64,000 bases of DNA from Lingula anatina (taxonomy: Eukaryota; Animalia; Brachiopoda). The notes below the pieces were generated by a model, which saw only the letters and a program-made list of their open reading frames with translations, searched no databases and had not been told where the DNA came from. Positions 25,101 through 37,100 of the stretch are shown one piece after another (position 1 is the first letter of the stretch; the number at the start of each line of letters is the position of its first letter). The stretch lies in the NCBI GenBank assembly GCA_051362555.1, contig CM120648.1, positions 20,208,587 to 20,272,586 of the forward strand, written 5' to 3'. Both the position numbers and the translations under genes were made by a program.

Positions 25101-28100
25101 ACGACAGTGGTATCTCTCGATAGCAGTCCAACCGACAGCGATCCATTTTGATTTGGTTTAATTTTATTTTCATTCAGTTTTTGTAACCATTTATTTGCTA
25201 TTAAATTATTTATTTATTTATTTATTTACTTCGTTCTTGTTGCTTCTATCACCGTATCGTCCGCAACATTGGTCTCGTGAGCCGGATTTCAACACCTACA
25301 GCATGGATGACAGAGATTGAAAGCCGCAAGAACCGGACGCCTGGCTGCCTTCACTAAACATGTGCTGAAAGCAAGACAGCTCATCCATGATGAATCCACT
25401 AGAAAACATCGGTTATCGGAGATGAAAGACGAAATAACTACTCTAAAAAAGGAATGCGAAACTGCTAACTTGAAATACATCGACATTCTGGAAGATGAAA
25501 CGGCCATCACAGACGCCCAGATCTGGTTTGCTGACGTTGAAGAAACCTGCGCAGATTGTTTGGGAGAAATCTCCGAGGTTATACAAGTGACCAAGGAACA
25601 GCCGCAGCCAATTCAACAGCCTCAATCCCAAGAGCCTCATGTCCATGATGTTCCCGTCGCACCTACCCCAGCACCAATAGACGCATGGTTGGTCACTTCT
25701 TGGAAGATTGGCAGACCCGACTACGAAACAGCACCGTCTTCACGTCCTCCACGCTAGTTTCAAGTCCATTGACAGAGGGGATGCTGATCAACTTGAGAAA
25801 TTTTTCACGACAGAATCATTTGGTTGCAAGTTTGAAGGCAATGCAGCAACTTCCGTAGATGACAGACATGCCCAGAGCCAGCTTGACCAGAAAACCAGCT
25901 ATAAATCTGGACGTTACTCGGTTCCAATGCTGTGGAAAAACGAAGATACAGTTTTACCCTCAAACTATGTAATGGCTCTCAAGCGTTACCAGTCCCTGTG
26001 CCGCAAGTTGAGAACCAATCCAGAGCGATCCCGCAGCTACTCTGCAATCATCAACACATGGCTGGAGAAAGGTTATGCCAGAAAGATGACAGACAGTGAA
26101 GTCCATACACAGAGCTCCATCACCTGGTTTTCTTCCCTAGCAGTTGAAACTACACTGCGGAACTTCTACATGGATGATTTATGTACCAGTCAACCATCTG
26201 TGGACCTCGCCATATCCTTATTCCATGAATTGGTGGATCTACTGAGCATTGGTGGATTTCGTTTGACGAAGTGGGTATCCAACTCCAGAGATGTATTGTC
26301 CTCCCTCCCTGCATCAGTAGTTGCCATCAAGAACTTGTGAGATCACGTGACATGTGTACGCTATAGACACTAGTGTAAACGCTCTGCTGTTTTCTGTAGA
26401 TGAAATCTCTCCTTGGACACTGATCGAAATAACAAAGTTACAGGTGGACTATAAAGGTACACTGTATCAGGTAACGCACTTCATTATAGAAAAAACGCTC
26501 ATTATAACGCGAAGATTTGGATTTTTTCATTTGAACTATAGGCCTATATCTATACGTACAGAAAGAAACTGTCAAATTTGAGAAGTGCTCAACGTTACGC
26601 AATCGGAAGCTATAGTTCCTTTGTTACCCGAACAATAGACACAATGGCATCTAATAACCCCAGCGAAAACGAACAAAGCGGACAAAGGACCTCAGACAAA
26701 GTCCCGAAGAAAATGCTGCAACTACAGATCAACTCGACTCCCGCATATATACGGCACAGCAATGCCAGTGGGAAAAGACCACAAAAGAAGAAAAGAACAA
26801 GATCAAACAGCATGGACTTAACAGAAAACATTACGGTAGACGAACTACGATCCATCCAAGCTACTCTAGCAGAGATTAAAAGTGAAATGATAAGAAAATC
26901 TGACGTTAAGGAAATCATTGCCCAAATGAAACATGAAATCAAGCAGGAGGTGAAGGAGGATATTAAACAAGAAATGCAACAATACTTGACTGATAGACTC
27001 AGCCTCCTGAGCGAGAAAATAGATGCCCTATATCTGGAAAACGAATCCCTGCGTGAGAAACTCTCCAAACAAATCAGTGACACAAGGAAGTCCTTTGACA
27101 ACCTAAAAGAAACCAGCCATTTGGCGAAAACAGCTGTGAGAATGGCAAACCACAACCAGCAGTATTCGCAGAAAAACAACATTAAGTTTTTAAACTGGCC
27201 GGAAAAACCAAAAGAAGACCTGAGGAGAGACCTCTGCCGCATCCTGAAGGAAAAGGTGAATGTGGACATAAGCCCCGCCTCAATTCTGGGAATCCACAGA
27301 ATACCAGGTAACAGCGGAGGCGCAAGACCCGTTATAGCCAAATTCGTTAACACCGAGGAAAAAACGAAAGTTATCAAGTATAGACAAGCACTGAAAGGTA
27401 ACTTTATAATGTTCGATCACATTACTCAGAAAAATGCTGAGTTGATCAAAATTCTAAAAGGTAAAGAAGCTGTACATTCAGCCTGGTACTTCAATGGCAG
27501 AATATTTGCCAGAAGAAATGACGGTCGCCGATATACATTCGACATATTCGACGATATCGACACCAAATTAAAACAATAAGCCTGAAAATGAACTTTATAC
27601 GGACACTGAAATTTTGGACAATAAAAATCAATGTAAAACTGAAAGTAGTTATAAACAGCAGAGCGGTAACTGTTAGCTAGCCGCTCTAGCATCAAATTAT
27701 TATTATCATTATTATTATCATTATTTTTTTTAATTACTAGTTATTAGTACTATCCTGTGTATGTGTGTGTTTTCGATAGTTTGTCTTGGTGTGTATGTCA
27801 ATTCTGGTAGAATGGGTACAAGTGGTCTATTGTATGCGTGGGTGGATGGAAGTGAATTTGATAACGCATTATATAGTATAACCGATATATACAGGTAACG
27901 GATTATGTCAGAGGACAACGCACCACTAACGCGTTGGGTGATTAAAAAATTCGTCTAATACCTAACTACGCCCCCTTTTTATGAATGGTCGCCGTGGGAA
28001 GAAGACAATGCGACCATAAGTAATTAACGCATCGACACTAAGGTTTAACAATGATGTTTTTCTCAAGCCAGCACGTAGCGCGAGCCTTGTCAAAATAAGC

Positions 28101-31100
28101 TGTTGAAGCCGCAGCGGGACGCCAACACCACTTTATCTTTGCTTGTTATGTAATCCGGTAAACGACGTGTGGCTCGTTGAATCAGCTATTAAGATCGCTT
28201 CAGTTAATTATAACCTTGTGGAACGTGCTTGCATCATATTTCTCGCTAGACAACTTGACTGACTTTTTCACTATGGATTTGCCGAGCATTACTTAAATTT
28301 TACCTGAACAGTTTACCGGGCGATCTCGACAGCGTGACCCTCACATTGCAGGGCATGACTAGCGTATATGCACAGAGTCTGCTTGATATGAATATACTAA
28401 TGCTGCCGTGGTTTAATATGTTCTTTAAAACTTCATATTACACTGTAAACATCTTTTCAGGCCACCATTCACAGAAACTTTATTTTCAAAACAATAACTA
28501 CATTCCGCGTTGAGTCGACTTTGAGCACGCGGCTGATATTTCATTGGCGCCATTTTTTACATGTGCAAGCAACAATATATCGAACGCGCTAACTACATTG
28601 CGACAAAGTCGTTATAGCTTTTAGATAGAACTGTTAAAAGTGCTTATGCACCTCAGTAACCTTTTTGTTTACTTTACACTTTTATATCCAATTGAATTCC
28701 AGGTTACAAGTACGGTTACAAAGGTAATTCAGACGATGTAGGCACATGTACATGCCTTATGCGACCACAGTGTTAATTAATTGGTTTGTTTGCGGTCATT
28801 TTTATGTTGCCATGTTGCTCACTATTTTTGTTTTAATGTTTCATCTAAAAGTCAACTTAAATTTTATAACCATTAATTGCATGGAATCAACATTTGTTCG
28901 GTTAGACTATTAAACTAAATTAGACTTTTAAGTAACAAGTTAAAACTTTAAAACAGTTAAACTTTTAAATTGTGGAAAAAAGATCAAACTAACATTCGAA
29001 CTAACATATTCACTGCATGCAACGTTCAGTATTATTTTGTTATCAACATTTGCTTGATGGTAAAAGTTGTTGTTTTAAATAGGTCCGTTTTTCATATTAA
29101 GTAATAAAAGGGCCCTGAAGCCTAATTTTCATAAGAATTTTCAGTGTTTAAAATGTTTGTTTTTATTTGCTTCATTTTACAGATTATTGCTTGCTGAAAA
29201 TTTGATAAAATATAGGACGTTTTAAGGACAATTAACTTTCTGTAAAAATTATCCAGCGTTTGTATTAATGTAAACAAAACTTAATTAAACCTTCTTTAAA
29301 ATAATGCAATTGTTCTTCATGTACGCATACACATTGTATATTGAATATGTAGACCCCCCTCCCAAGTAAAACGCTTCTAATATATACCCTGTATCCTTTT
29401 TTCTCTTCAGACAGACACAATAGAGAATGTGGTCAAACCAAAAATGCTATTTGGCAAACAGATAACAGATTCATCAGTATAAATAAAAGGAAACACTTCA
29501 GCAATTTTTTTTTTTTTTCTTGTCTCAGTGAAAACTTAAATACTCCTAGGATGCTACGTGGGTCAAGCGTTCCAAAGTAACACGTACCAGTATCAGCATT
29601 CTTCAACAAAAAAAAGTTAGAAACATTGGTATCTGCAGTGCAGTAAAATTTGAAAGAAAGACAGAAGACAAAGGCCACTCTCACATCAGGTTTTCTCCCT
29701 GTCATTATTTTATATAAGGAGTCTGCTAGTCCTCTGGTTTTCCCTCCTACTTTTTTTTCATCACTTCATTCTTGTTTCACCTACAGATGTTATTAAAATA
29801 TATCTTAAATAATAATAAAGCAAAAATGAGTATAATATCGCATAGTTTTGGATCACTATAACATATTTTTTCTTACGACGGGGCTGAACCCGATCTCAAT
29901 CAACAGCCTACAAAGCACATACCAACATCTCAACATTCCGTTTGAGAACGTTCATTTCGAAAAAAGCATTTGTACAAATTTCGAGTGTTGGTAGTGAGTG
30001 CTTTCAATCTTTATTTGATCTTTGAAATAAAATTACATAAACTGTGATAATTTTGAGCCTTCCAGCAGTATTGTTATATGCGTGCTGATGTCTCTGTCCT
30101 TATCGGTATTCATCGGACATGCCTCAGCAAACAATGGAAGAGGAAGTGACAAAAGAGTAGGAAACTATCAATGCTGTCATGAGCCAGCACTAATGTCCCT
30201 GAAATAAAGACAGGCGATGGTTATCTGTAACTACCTCTGGTTGAAGAGAATGAGGTGAGAAATCGACCACTAATTACTGTGGCCATAAACTTCGTTATTA
30301 ACCTAATTTGCCTTTTCCACCTAGATCTCGAAGCCCAGTCTATCACGATGCAAATATTTACGTCTGTGACCACATTCTGTACACCGCAACGTATACCAAA
30401 TAATATACATACATTGCGAACAAAATTAAAACATATATATAAAAAGCAACTGTCACACGCATGAGATGGGCAGTGAATCGTTCAGCTATTCGGGGGATAA
30501 AACCATCTGACTCAACGCACTTCATGACAAAGAACGTTCACACAAAAGAAAATGATAAGATAATAAAAACAATTACGGAACGCCACCCTACAATACATAT
30601 CAACCCACTTTTTAATTATTTACCAGGGGGTGAAGGATGCGAAGATTATTTGTATCTATATTTATAACAAATGTTTCACTGCCACCCCCTTACCCAGTAC
30701 ACACGACAGCTACCGCTCATATTTGTGTAGTGAAGATGGAAGAGATAGCATATATGAACTGATACAGAGTTTTTTTTCTGTTTTAGGAAAGTGATCTTCG
30801 TTTTGTACTGCGTTTTGTACTGTTTACTAAACTAGTAATTAACCAGCGAGGGGTAGGTTAAGAGTGCAATTAGCTCGTTACTAACAAAGAGCTGCAACTC
30901 TTGTTAACGCGTCAGGGCGGCTAAGACTTCAATCAACTTGTGTCGCTAAAAATAATCAAAACAAAGTCTAGCAACACACGCAGAATGTTCGACTTTGATA
31001 TGGAAGGGCAGACTTTCATGAAGCAAGTAAAGTGTTGGAAGTTTCTACGACGACTCATATATTTAAGAGACACGAACGAAACCGCTATATCCCGGATGTA

Positions 31101-34100
31101 ATGAACAAAAGCTGACTGGTGGGGCAGGACATGTTAAAACACTTTTGAGAAAAAGTGCATATAAACTTCACGAGCTACGCAAAACCTAAGCTCTGCCTAT
31201 ACACAAGTTAAAATCAACCACCCTTTACATAAACCCCGCGAGCAAATCTGTTGATACACGTATTAGTGCGGTTTCAGGAAAGTGATCTACTGCGTTTTGT
31301 GATGTTAAGTAAACTAGTAATTAACCAGCGAGGGGTAGGTTAAGGATCAGGGGCGTAACCTGACCTTTTAGAATTCTAAGCACAGATTTTCAAAATTCCC
31401 AGGTACGGTTAAATGTAAATTTAAAATAAATTTAATTCGCCAAATATCATAGCTCAGTTTTCACCAGTAATAAAATCATCAGATAAAATTAAATACATTG
31501 CGGCTATTCAATTAAGTTCAATTACATCATTTCACCCAGAACCAAGCCATTTTTCTAGGATTGGGATACAGGCTGTCCAAAATGGGGTGGGAGTTTGATT
31601 AAATGGAAAATATTTTATAAAATAATAAATTTCAATGGGAAGGGAGGGTTAATAACAATCGATAACGATCTGCCGCTGACACTCTTTTGCGAACCAATTC
31701 CCATGAATGAATATGAAAATTGCCTCTTCGTCTCGCTTAGATCGAGAACGATCTCCGGCAGACGATCTTCCGCAAACAGAAGCTTTTGAACGGATATGAG
31801 AATTGCATTATCGTTTCACTCGGATTGCGAACGATCTCCCGCTGACGATACGAAACTTGCGTTCTCGTCTTGCTCTTTGGCTAACCAAGGAATTATATCG
31901 AATATAATTCCCTGGGCTAACGAAGTCTTTTTAGCAGATTTGAAAATTGCCTCTTCGTCTCTCTCGGATTGCAAACGATCTCGCGCTGAAAATTTGAAAA
32001 TTGCCTTTTTGTCTATCAGCTTTGCCAGGTGCCGTATGTATGGAGGTCCGGAAGGTGTCCCCTTTCATAATTTGGCAGTTTGTTTGTCATACGAATAATT
32101 AAAATGACTGCAATCTTATAACCCTACTGCGGTGTATCATGGTGTACGACTAGAATAATGATGAAAATTTATGCAGCTGTGATACATACACTTTTTTTTT
32201 TTAAATTGAAATTAAATACCTTGACAATGATATAATTATAACTTTTAAATTTCTTAATTTTATAGTGCATCAAATTGAATAAACGCAAGTCGGGAAAGAT
32301 AGTGCGCGATTTTTACTAGCGTGTTTCGCAACAGCAAAATGTTCGTCATTTGAAATGTAAAAAAAAGTATTATAAAAGGTGGGATTATTCAAGGACTTTC
32401 AGTTATTATTTTTTCTTCGTGGTTATTCAACAGTATAAGGCAATTTGAGAGCATTTAATTCGAGAAATACGCGACGCGATCCGAGGGCTGCTATTGTTCT
32501 GACTAACAAAGGCCGGTATTTTCACCCCATCGGGTTTATCACCCTGTTTATCTAAATGAAAGCGCAGGAGTACTTTTCTATTGATGATGGTGTCCTGCTC
32601 ACAGTGGGTGGCTAAAAGCGAGCTGAGTAAATTTAGGCCGAGTTAGAGTAGTATTTATCGCTGCTGGGTCCCAACGGCTTAAGGTTTAATTCCCTATAAT
32701 TAACGCACCGATAATAGTCGTTTAACTACCATAAGGATTATAAACCAAGGCTATTAAAGTGTCTTCGAAATTAATCCTGTAGCTGTATGTAGTTAAGTTA
32801 TCCCTATTAGTTTGCAACAACGAAACACTTAGATTTGATACCTCAGTACGATTGCTTTACCTACACTTAGAATATGACAATGCGATGTAAATTTATTTTC
32901 TGTCGTATATACATACGCGGCAGAAACCTGGTAGATATACACAGATCAAATCAAATATTAAAATATGCTCAGTAAATTGTAGGGGTCTTGGGGACCGAAA
33001 TAAGCGGTTAGATGTGTTCAATTTCTTGCGGAAGAAATCCTTTTCCATCTACTGTTTACAAGATACTCATAGTACATTATCTATGGAAAAATATATAGCA
33101 GCTGAATGGGGCTTTAAATGCTTTTTCAGTCATGGAACCTCTAATTCAAGAGGAGTTGCAATATTGGTTAACAATAATTTTGAATATAAAATTAAGGAGG
33201 TTGAGAAAGACACTAACGGAAACTTTGTTGCTCTTAGTATGATAGTAGATGAAAAAGACATTTCACTCATAAATCTGTATGGTCCCAATAATGATTCACC
33301 TGAATTTTTCTTAAAAATACACGAGACAATAATGAATTTTGGAAATCAGGATCATATTATCTGTGGGGATTTTAACTTAGTATTAAACCAAGAGAAGGAC
33401 ACATATAACTATAAACATAAAAATAACCCCAAGGCCTCTAATCAACTTTATACCTTGATGGAATTACATAACTGGCACGACATATGGAGGGAAATGCATG
33501 AGGATGTTAGACAGTATACATGGCGGCAGCCTACGCCTTTTAAACAGGCAAGGTTAGATTATTTTATTGTTTCCACAACCATTACAAATTATATCGAAGA
33601 TAGTCAGATTATTCCAGGTTATAAGAGCGACCACTCCATTATAACTCTGGACTTACAGTTAAAAAGGAAAATTAAACACGGAAAAGGTTTTTGGAAATTC
33701 AATAACTCCCACTTATATGAAAGTGAGTATGCCGATATGGTAAAGCAGATAATCAATGAAACTATCTTAGAGTATGCAGCAGCGCCCTATAATAGAGATA
33801 ACATACTGAATATTGACAGACATTCTTTACAGTTAACTATAAGCGATGGGCTATTTCTTGAAACTCTCTTAATGAAAATTAGGGGGAAAACGATTGCTTT
33901 TGGTGCTAGGATAAAAAAGAAAAGAGAGTCAGAGGAAAAACAAGTGGAAAATACTATAAACGACCTAGAGAATGATCTTAAAAATGAGGCCGAATTAGAC
34001 AAAAAAGAAGAAATTCTTGAAATGATAAATAAGGAAAAGATGAAACTGGAAAATATAAGAAAAATAAAAGTAAAAGGCATAATGATAAGATCAAAAGAAA

Positions 34101-37100
34101 GATGGATAGAATACGGAGAAAAACCATCAAAATACTTTTTAGCACTGGAAAATCGCAATTTTACAAATAAGTCAATAACTAAACTGGTAACAGATAACGG
34201 AAATATCCTTACTGAACAAAATGAGATTCTCAAAGAAACCGCACGCTTTTACGAAAATTTATTTAAGAAACAAAATCACAAATCAGTAGACATAAAAACT
34301 CGATTGGAAAATATTGAAACTCCAAAATTGACCGAAGCCGAAGCATCCTCGCTCGAAGGAAAGATAAACTACGCTGAACTCTATACAGTATTAAGACAAA
34401 CGAAAAATGAAAAGAGCCCAGGTACCGACGGGTTTACTTACGAATTTTTCAAATTCTTTTGGAAAGAACTGAATAGTTTTTTAATAAGATGTATAAACGA
34501 GGCATACGAAAAAGACAAACTACCTATAACTCTTACCCGGGGTATAATCGTCCTTCTACCTAAACATAATAAGCCTACCAACTCGTTAAAAAACCTAAGA
34601 CCGATATCACTACTTAATGTTGTGTATAAACTCGCCTCGGCATGTATAACGAATCGAATAAAGAAAGTATTACCAATATTAATAAATGAAGACCAAAATG
34701 GGTTTATGGCGGGCAGATACATAGGTGAGAATACACGGACCATTTTCGACTTAATTGAATACTGTGACGCACATGAAATACCAGGTCTGTTGATGCAAAT
34801 CGATTTTGCTAAGGCTTTCGATTCAATCGACTGGGGTTTTATCGAAAAAACCTTTGAATTCTTTGGCTTTGGAGAATCTATCATAAAATGGATAAATCTC
34901 TTCCTTAAAGACTCCTCTTCGTGTGTCTTGGTTAATGGTTTTGCCTCTTCTTTCTTCAATCTTTCTCGGGGTTGCCGTCAGGGGGATCCCATCTCCCCTT
35001 ACCTTTTCATTCTTTGTGCTGAGATACTATGTATCATGTTAAAAAATGAAATAGACATAAAAGGCATTACAATACATAATCAAACTTTTCTCATCTCCCA
35101 GTATGCTGATGACACAACTATTGTGTTGGATGGGACTGAAAAAAGTTTAAGAAATACCCTAAAGGTTCTAAATGAATTCTCCCAATTTTCTGGACTACAA
35201 ATGAACAATCAAAAAACTAAATTAAACTGGTTCGGAAGCAAGAAAGACTCACAAGAGAGCATGTGTAAAGAGTTGAATCTCGATTGGAATGAACGTTTTT
35301 TCAGAATCCTTGGAATAGATTTCTCAGTAAATTTACATGAAATGATTGAGAAAAATTATAGAGAGAAACTCGAAGATATGGAAAGAACTATGAAACAATG
35401 GACTCACCGATCGCTAACAGTTTTGGGGAGAAATGTAATTTTTAAATCACTGATCCTTCCAAAAATGACTCATTTATTTTCCACATTGCCAATACCAAAC
35501 AAATATGTAGACAAAATACAAAAAATGTGCTTTAATTTCATATGGAATGGAAATATTGAAAGAGTAAAACGAGATATAATGACACAGTCGTACTCAAATG
35601 GAGGTATAAAAGTCCCCGATATTAGAAACTATATTGATTCCCTAAAAATTTCATGGCTCAGGAGAATCATGCACAGAAATTCAAAATGGTCTTTCTTTTT
35701 CCTTAGTCTGATCCCTGAAAGTAAGGGTGTACACTGGTCTGAAATGGGAATGTCTGAACTGCAAAAAATTAAGAACGGATCAAAAAATGCTTTTTGGAAT
35801 CAAGTCATTGATGCATGGTGCAGACTGTTAAAGAATAAAAAGATTGATACAAAAGAAAATTTTTTAAAAGAATGTTTATGGCTAAATGATAAAATACGGA
35901 TAAAAAACAATCCTATTCTTATAAGAACCTGTAATAAAATAGGTATAAGAAACATAAATGACTTGATCGATACAGAGGGAAATTACCTCACATACCAACA
36001 GTTCAAGGAAAGGCACGGGAATATAATAAATTATGTTACGTTCACAAGTATACTATGCGCAGTAAAAAAATTCAAAAACAAATGAATATAGACAATTTAC
36101 ATGAAAAAATTGAGCTCCCTATAATTTCAACCCAACTTAAATGGCTATTAAAATTTACAAAAGGGGGGAAACCTTTTTACAATATTTTGAACTCAAACGA
36201 AATGAAAAAGACTAATGCAATGTCAAAATGGGAACTCCTTTCTAAAGAACCTCTCACAGCTGAAGAGTGGAAAATCTTGAATAACATTCCTTTCCAATGT
36301 ACTTTAGATACTAAACTGCGCTGGTTTCAATTTAGAGTATCAAAAATAATTTTAGCTACAAATAATTTTTTACGAAAAATTGGGATAAAAGACACAGAGA
36401 CCTGCTCCTTCTGTAACGAACACCCTGAAACTCTTCAACACTTATTTATTGAGTGCAAAGTAATTGCTCCCCTTTGGGCAAAAATACAAGACTGGATCCA
36501 TTTAAAGACTGGACTTGTATTACAATTAACAGCATCTGATATAATTCTAGGAATTCCAAATTTGAAATGCAATGCGCTCAACAGTTTGCTGATCATAACA
36601 AAATTTATTATATATAAATTTAAAATGAAAAACATTACCCCGAACATAGAAAATATTAAAATAGAATGGAGACAGGCCTACATCGCAGAGAGAAATATAA
36701 GTCTGAGAAACATGACAATAGGTAAATTTAATGAAAAATGGAAAAAGCTGCAGCCTCTCTTCCTGGAATGATATCTTCTATCTGCGTATGTTCCCCTGCC
36801 GATATTTGATAGTAAAACACATATTTGTTTTTATCTGTATTAGATCATATTTTTTATTAAGTATTATTAAGTATTTTACTATTAGGTTATCAATATATCG
36901 TTGTTGACATATATATTAAATGACACAGTAACTATATATATATATATATATATTGCAAATGACTGAGTGTCTCTTTGTGAGTGAGTGAGTGAGAGAGTGA
37001 GTGTGATTTTTATTTAGTTATTTATAAATTTTATATTTTTTGCTGAAATCTGTACTTATTTGAGATTTGCAATAAAAAAAAAAAAGAACTTTGACCTCTC

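Larger units (their letters stand above)
26337..37083 (+). mobile_element. Full-length Tx1/L1-clade non-LTR retrotransposon
   Basis: 8-bp TSD AAGAACTT (26329-26336, 37084-37091); AATAAA running into a poly-A tail; ORF1 and ORF2. Removing it restores BEL Pol IKNFDLS. Confidence 0.93.

Noticed and set aside
24528-25151. Repetitive 196-207-aa ORFs as host genes
   Set aside because: They are translations of the 64-bp LTR repeat and recur in the 3' LTR.
26610-27377. 255-aa antisense ORF, and similar shadow ORFs over BEL Pol and LINE ORF2
   Set aside because: Mirror frames of real coding sequence with no recognisable motifs.
28425-28553. 42-aa minus-strand ORF with two CxxC motifs (MAPMKYQ...CSYC...CLQC)
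   Set aside because: Too short and unsupported; could be chance or a transposon remnant.
32900-32932. Helitron-like 3' end (CGTAT/ATACG hairpin plus CTGG|T) for the LINE insert
   Set aside because: Weak hairpin and no matching A|TC 5' end at the left boundary.
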